A stretch of 64,000 nt of DNA, from assembly GCA_041743505.1 (NCBI GenBank), contig JBGTMQ010000021.1:64521-128520 (forward strand). The letters are read 5' to 3'. The stretch comes from Candidatus Saccharimonadia bacterium (GTDB taxonomy: Bacteria; Patescibacteriota; Saccharimonadia; UBA4664). The position numbers and the translations under genes were made by a program. This document shows positions 62,359-64,000 of the stretch, in pieces. The notes under the pieces were generated by a model. That model saw only the letters and a program-made list of their open reading frames with translations. It made no database searches and had not been told where the DNA came from. Position 1 is the first letter of the stretch. Each line of letters opens with the position of its first letter.

Positions 62359-63088
62359 CTAAGTATGCCTCAATTACCCGCTTGTCGGCCAGCACTTCGT
62401 GCGGTGTACCCTCGGCCAGGAGCTTGCCAGCATCCATTACCACGACCCGGTCGCATAATTGTCGGATGAGGGCCATATCATGCTCAATTAATATGATGGT
62501 CTTACCTTCCTCGCGTAGCTCCGTCATGATCCCGCTAACCATTTTGACCATCTCAGGGAAGAGTCCGGCGTATGGTTCATCGAATAGAACAATATCGGCC
62601 TTGGTGGCGAGGGTGCGAGCAATTTCTAATAACTTCCGTTGGCCATACGACAGCTCTGCCGCCTTGGCGCCCTGTTTATTCCATAAGCCGACCCGCTCTA
62701 ATACCTCTTTCGCCTGATCGTAATGAAACTTTTGATGCCGTTCAAATAATGCGCCCCAGACGCTGCGCTTGGTCACGACTACCAGCACGTTATCTAGCAC
62801 GCTGAGTTGCTCAAACAGCCGCACACCTTGAAATGTGCGGGTGATTCCGAGCTCTAGCACTTCACGTGACCGCAGCCGTCCGTGCTCAGTTTCGCCGTTA
62901 ATGACGATGGTGCCGCCGTCCATTTGGTGGAATCCGGTTAGCACATTGGTGAGGGTGGTTTTGCCGGAGCCGTTTGGACCGATGATGCCGGTAATTTTGC
63001 CCTTGGAGAGGCTGATTGACAGCTTGTCGATGGCTCTGACGCCGCCGAATTCTTTGACCATGCCTTTGGTTTGGATAGCGTATTTCAT
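62351..63088 (-). CDS. livG: Branched-chain amino acid ABC transporter ATP-binding protein (LivG-type)
   Basis: Walker A GPNGSGKTT, signature LSYGQRKLL, Walker B VLFDEPYAGL. Confidence 0.8.
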   Translation of the reverse strand: MKYAIQTKGMVKEFGGVRAIDKLSISLSKGKITGIIGPNGSGKTTLTNVLTGFHQMDGGTIVINGETEHGRLRSREVLELGITRTFQGVRLFEQLSVLDNVLVVVTKRSVWGALFERHQKFHYDQAKEVLERVGLWNKQGAKAAELSYGQRKLLEIARTLATKADIVLFDEPYAGLFPEMVKMVSGIMTELREEGKTIILIEHDMALIRQLCDRVVVMDAGKLLAEGTPHEVLADKRVIEAYLGA

Positions 63089-63951
63089 AATCTATACTCC
63101 CCCATTAACCCTTGCGGACGGTAGTGCATCAAGAGGATTAGAATTATGCCGTAGACCACTAAGCGCATTTGGGCTGCTATATCGGGCGTGAAGCCGACGA
63201 ACCGTAATATTTCAGGCAGCAGGACCAGCACCAGCGCGCCCACCGCCGCTCCGCGCAACGAGCCCAGGCCTCCGAGCACGATGATGGCCAGCATAAAAAT
63301 TGAATCACTGACGGTAAAGGTATGTGGGTCAATAAAGCTGGTATAGGAGGCGTATAACGCGCCGGCTACGGCGGCCATGGCGGCGGCGATGACAAAGATG
63401 ACTAGCTTATAAGTCTGGGTGCGATAGCCAAACACGCCGAGCGCCTCCTCGTCCTCGCGGATGGCCTTGAGAACCCGGCCAAACGATGAGGATACAATCG
63501 CTTGCGATAGCCAGTACACACCCGCGGCGAGGATTAAGGCTAAGACCAAGAAGGCGAAGCTATTGCTAAACACCAGGCCAAACAATTCCGGGCGCAATAT
63601 TCCCGGGATACCCAGCGGTCCCTGTGTCACGGCCTGCCAATTGAGCAGGACGGAAAACACAATCACGTTAAAACCCAGGGATACAAGCGCATAATAATCG
63701 CCCCGGAATTTCGCGAGCACCATACTAATGGGCAAAGCTAACAGCATGGCTGCCAGTACGCCAGCCCCTAGGCCGACGAAAAAGTTCGCGCCATGACCGA
63801 CCATTAAAATCCCGGTGACATAGGCCCCAATACCATAAAAGGCCGCGTGGGTCAGTGATAGCAGGCCGGTGTAGCCCACGACTAAGTTTAGTGACAGGGC
63901 CAGAATGGAGAAGATTGAAAATAAAACTGCTAGATGGATAAGGTATTCCAC
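63085..63951 (-). CDS. livM: Branched-chain amino acid ABC transporter permease (LivM/LivH family)
   Basis: 8-10 TM with the conserved LivM blocks. Confidence 0.75.
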   Translation of the reverse strand: MEYLIHLAVLFSIFSILALSLNLVVGYTGLLSLTHAAFYGIGAYVTGILMVGHGANFFVGLGAGVLAAMLLALPISMVLAKFRGDYYALVSLGFNVIVFSVLLNWQAVTQGPLGIPGILRPELFGLVFSNSFAFLVLALILAAGVYWLSQAIVSSSFGRVLKAIREDEEALGVFGYRTQTYKLVIFVIAAAMAAVAGALYASYTSFIDPHTFTVSDSIFMLAIIVLGGLGSLRGAAVGALVLVLLPEILRFVGFTPDIAAQMRLVVYGIILILLMHYRPQGLMGEYRL

Positions 63952-64000
63952 TACGGCCGCTTTCCTAAAATGCCTTGTGGCCTAAATAGCAAAAATAGAA

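Noticed and set aside
1-64000. CRISPR arrays, rRNA genes, transposases/integrases, prophage structural genes
   Set aside because: I found no short regularly spaced direct repeats with unique spacers. No rRNA-like sequence, no DDE transposase or tyrosine/serine recombinase motifs, and no capsid, terminase or portal-like ORFs were found.

Overview
This 64 kb window is moderately high in GC (roughly 55-60%) and densely coding, with about 70 supportable genes. It reads as a chromosomal stretch interleaved with accessory islets. The housekeeping content is a tRNA-Arg(CCG), murB, pspA, trxB-trxA, class I ribonucleotide reductase nrdA ... nrdB, an Nramp transporter mntH, and a Liv-type ABC transporter at the 3' edge. 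The accessory content is: a tandemly duplicated LuxR cassette; a DUF732-like lipoprotein pair; a possible secreted-peptide plus MacB-ABC locus; an AT-rich islet next to a KamB/NpmA-like rRNA methyltransferase; an SPFH operon; a 2056-aa surface protein with propeller-like tandem repeats and an FtsEX/MacB-like ABC pair; and an NQR/RNF-like flavinylation module (FMN-bind, ApbE, NqrB/RnfD-FNR fusion). The most unusual locus is at 35.9-41.7 kb on the minus strand. It is a tightly coupled operon encoding a PP2C phosphatase, a Hanks-type Ser/Thr kinase with a Zn-ribbon and an unknown C-terminal domain, a long-form PncA-like nicotinamidase, and a vWA/TerY-like protein. That is a TerY-P-type phosphorylation triad with an embedded NAD-salvage enzyme. 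An NrtR (Nudix-related, ADP-ribose-responsive) regulator is transcribed divergently, and palindromic candidate operators overlap its near-consensus leaderless promoter. I found no CRISPR array, rRNA, transposase or integrase. Coordinates for non-CDS elements were counted by hand and may be off by 1-2 nt. CDS coordinates follow the supplied ORF track, with start refinements justified by RBS position.
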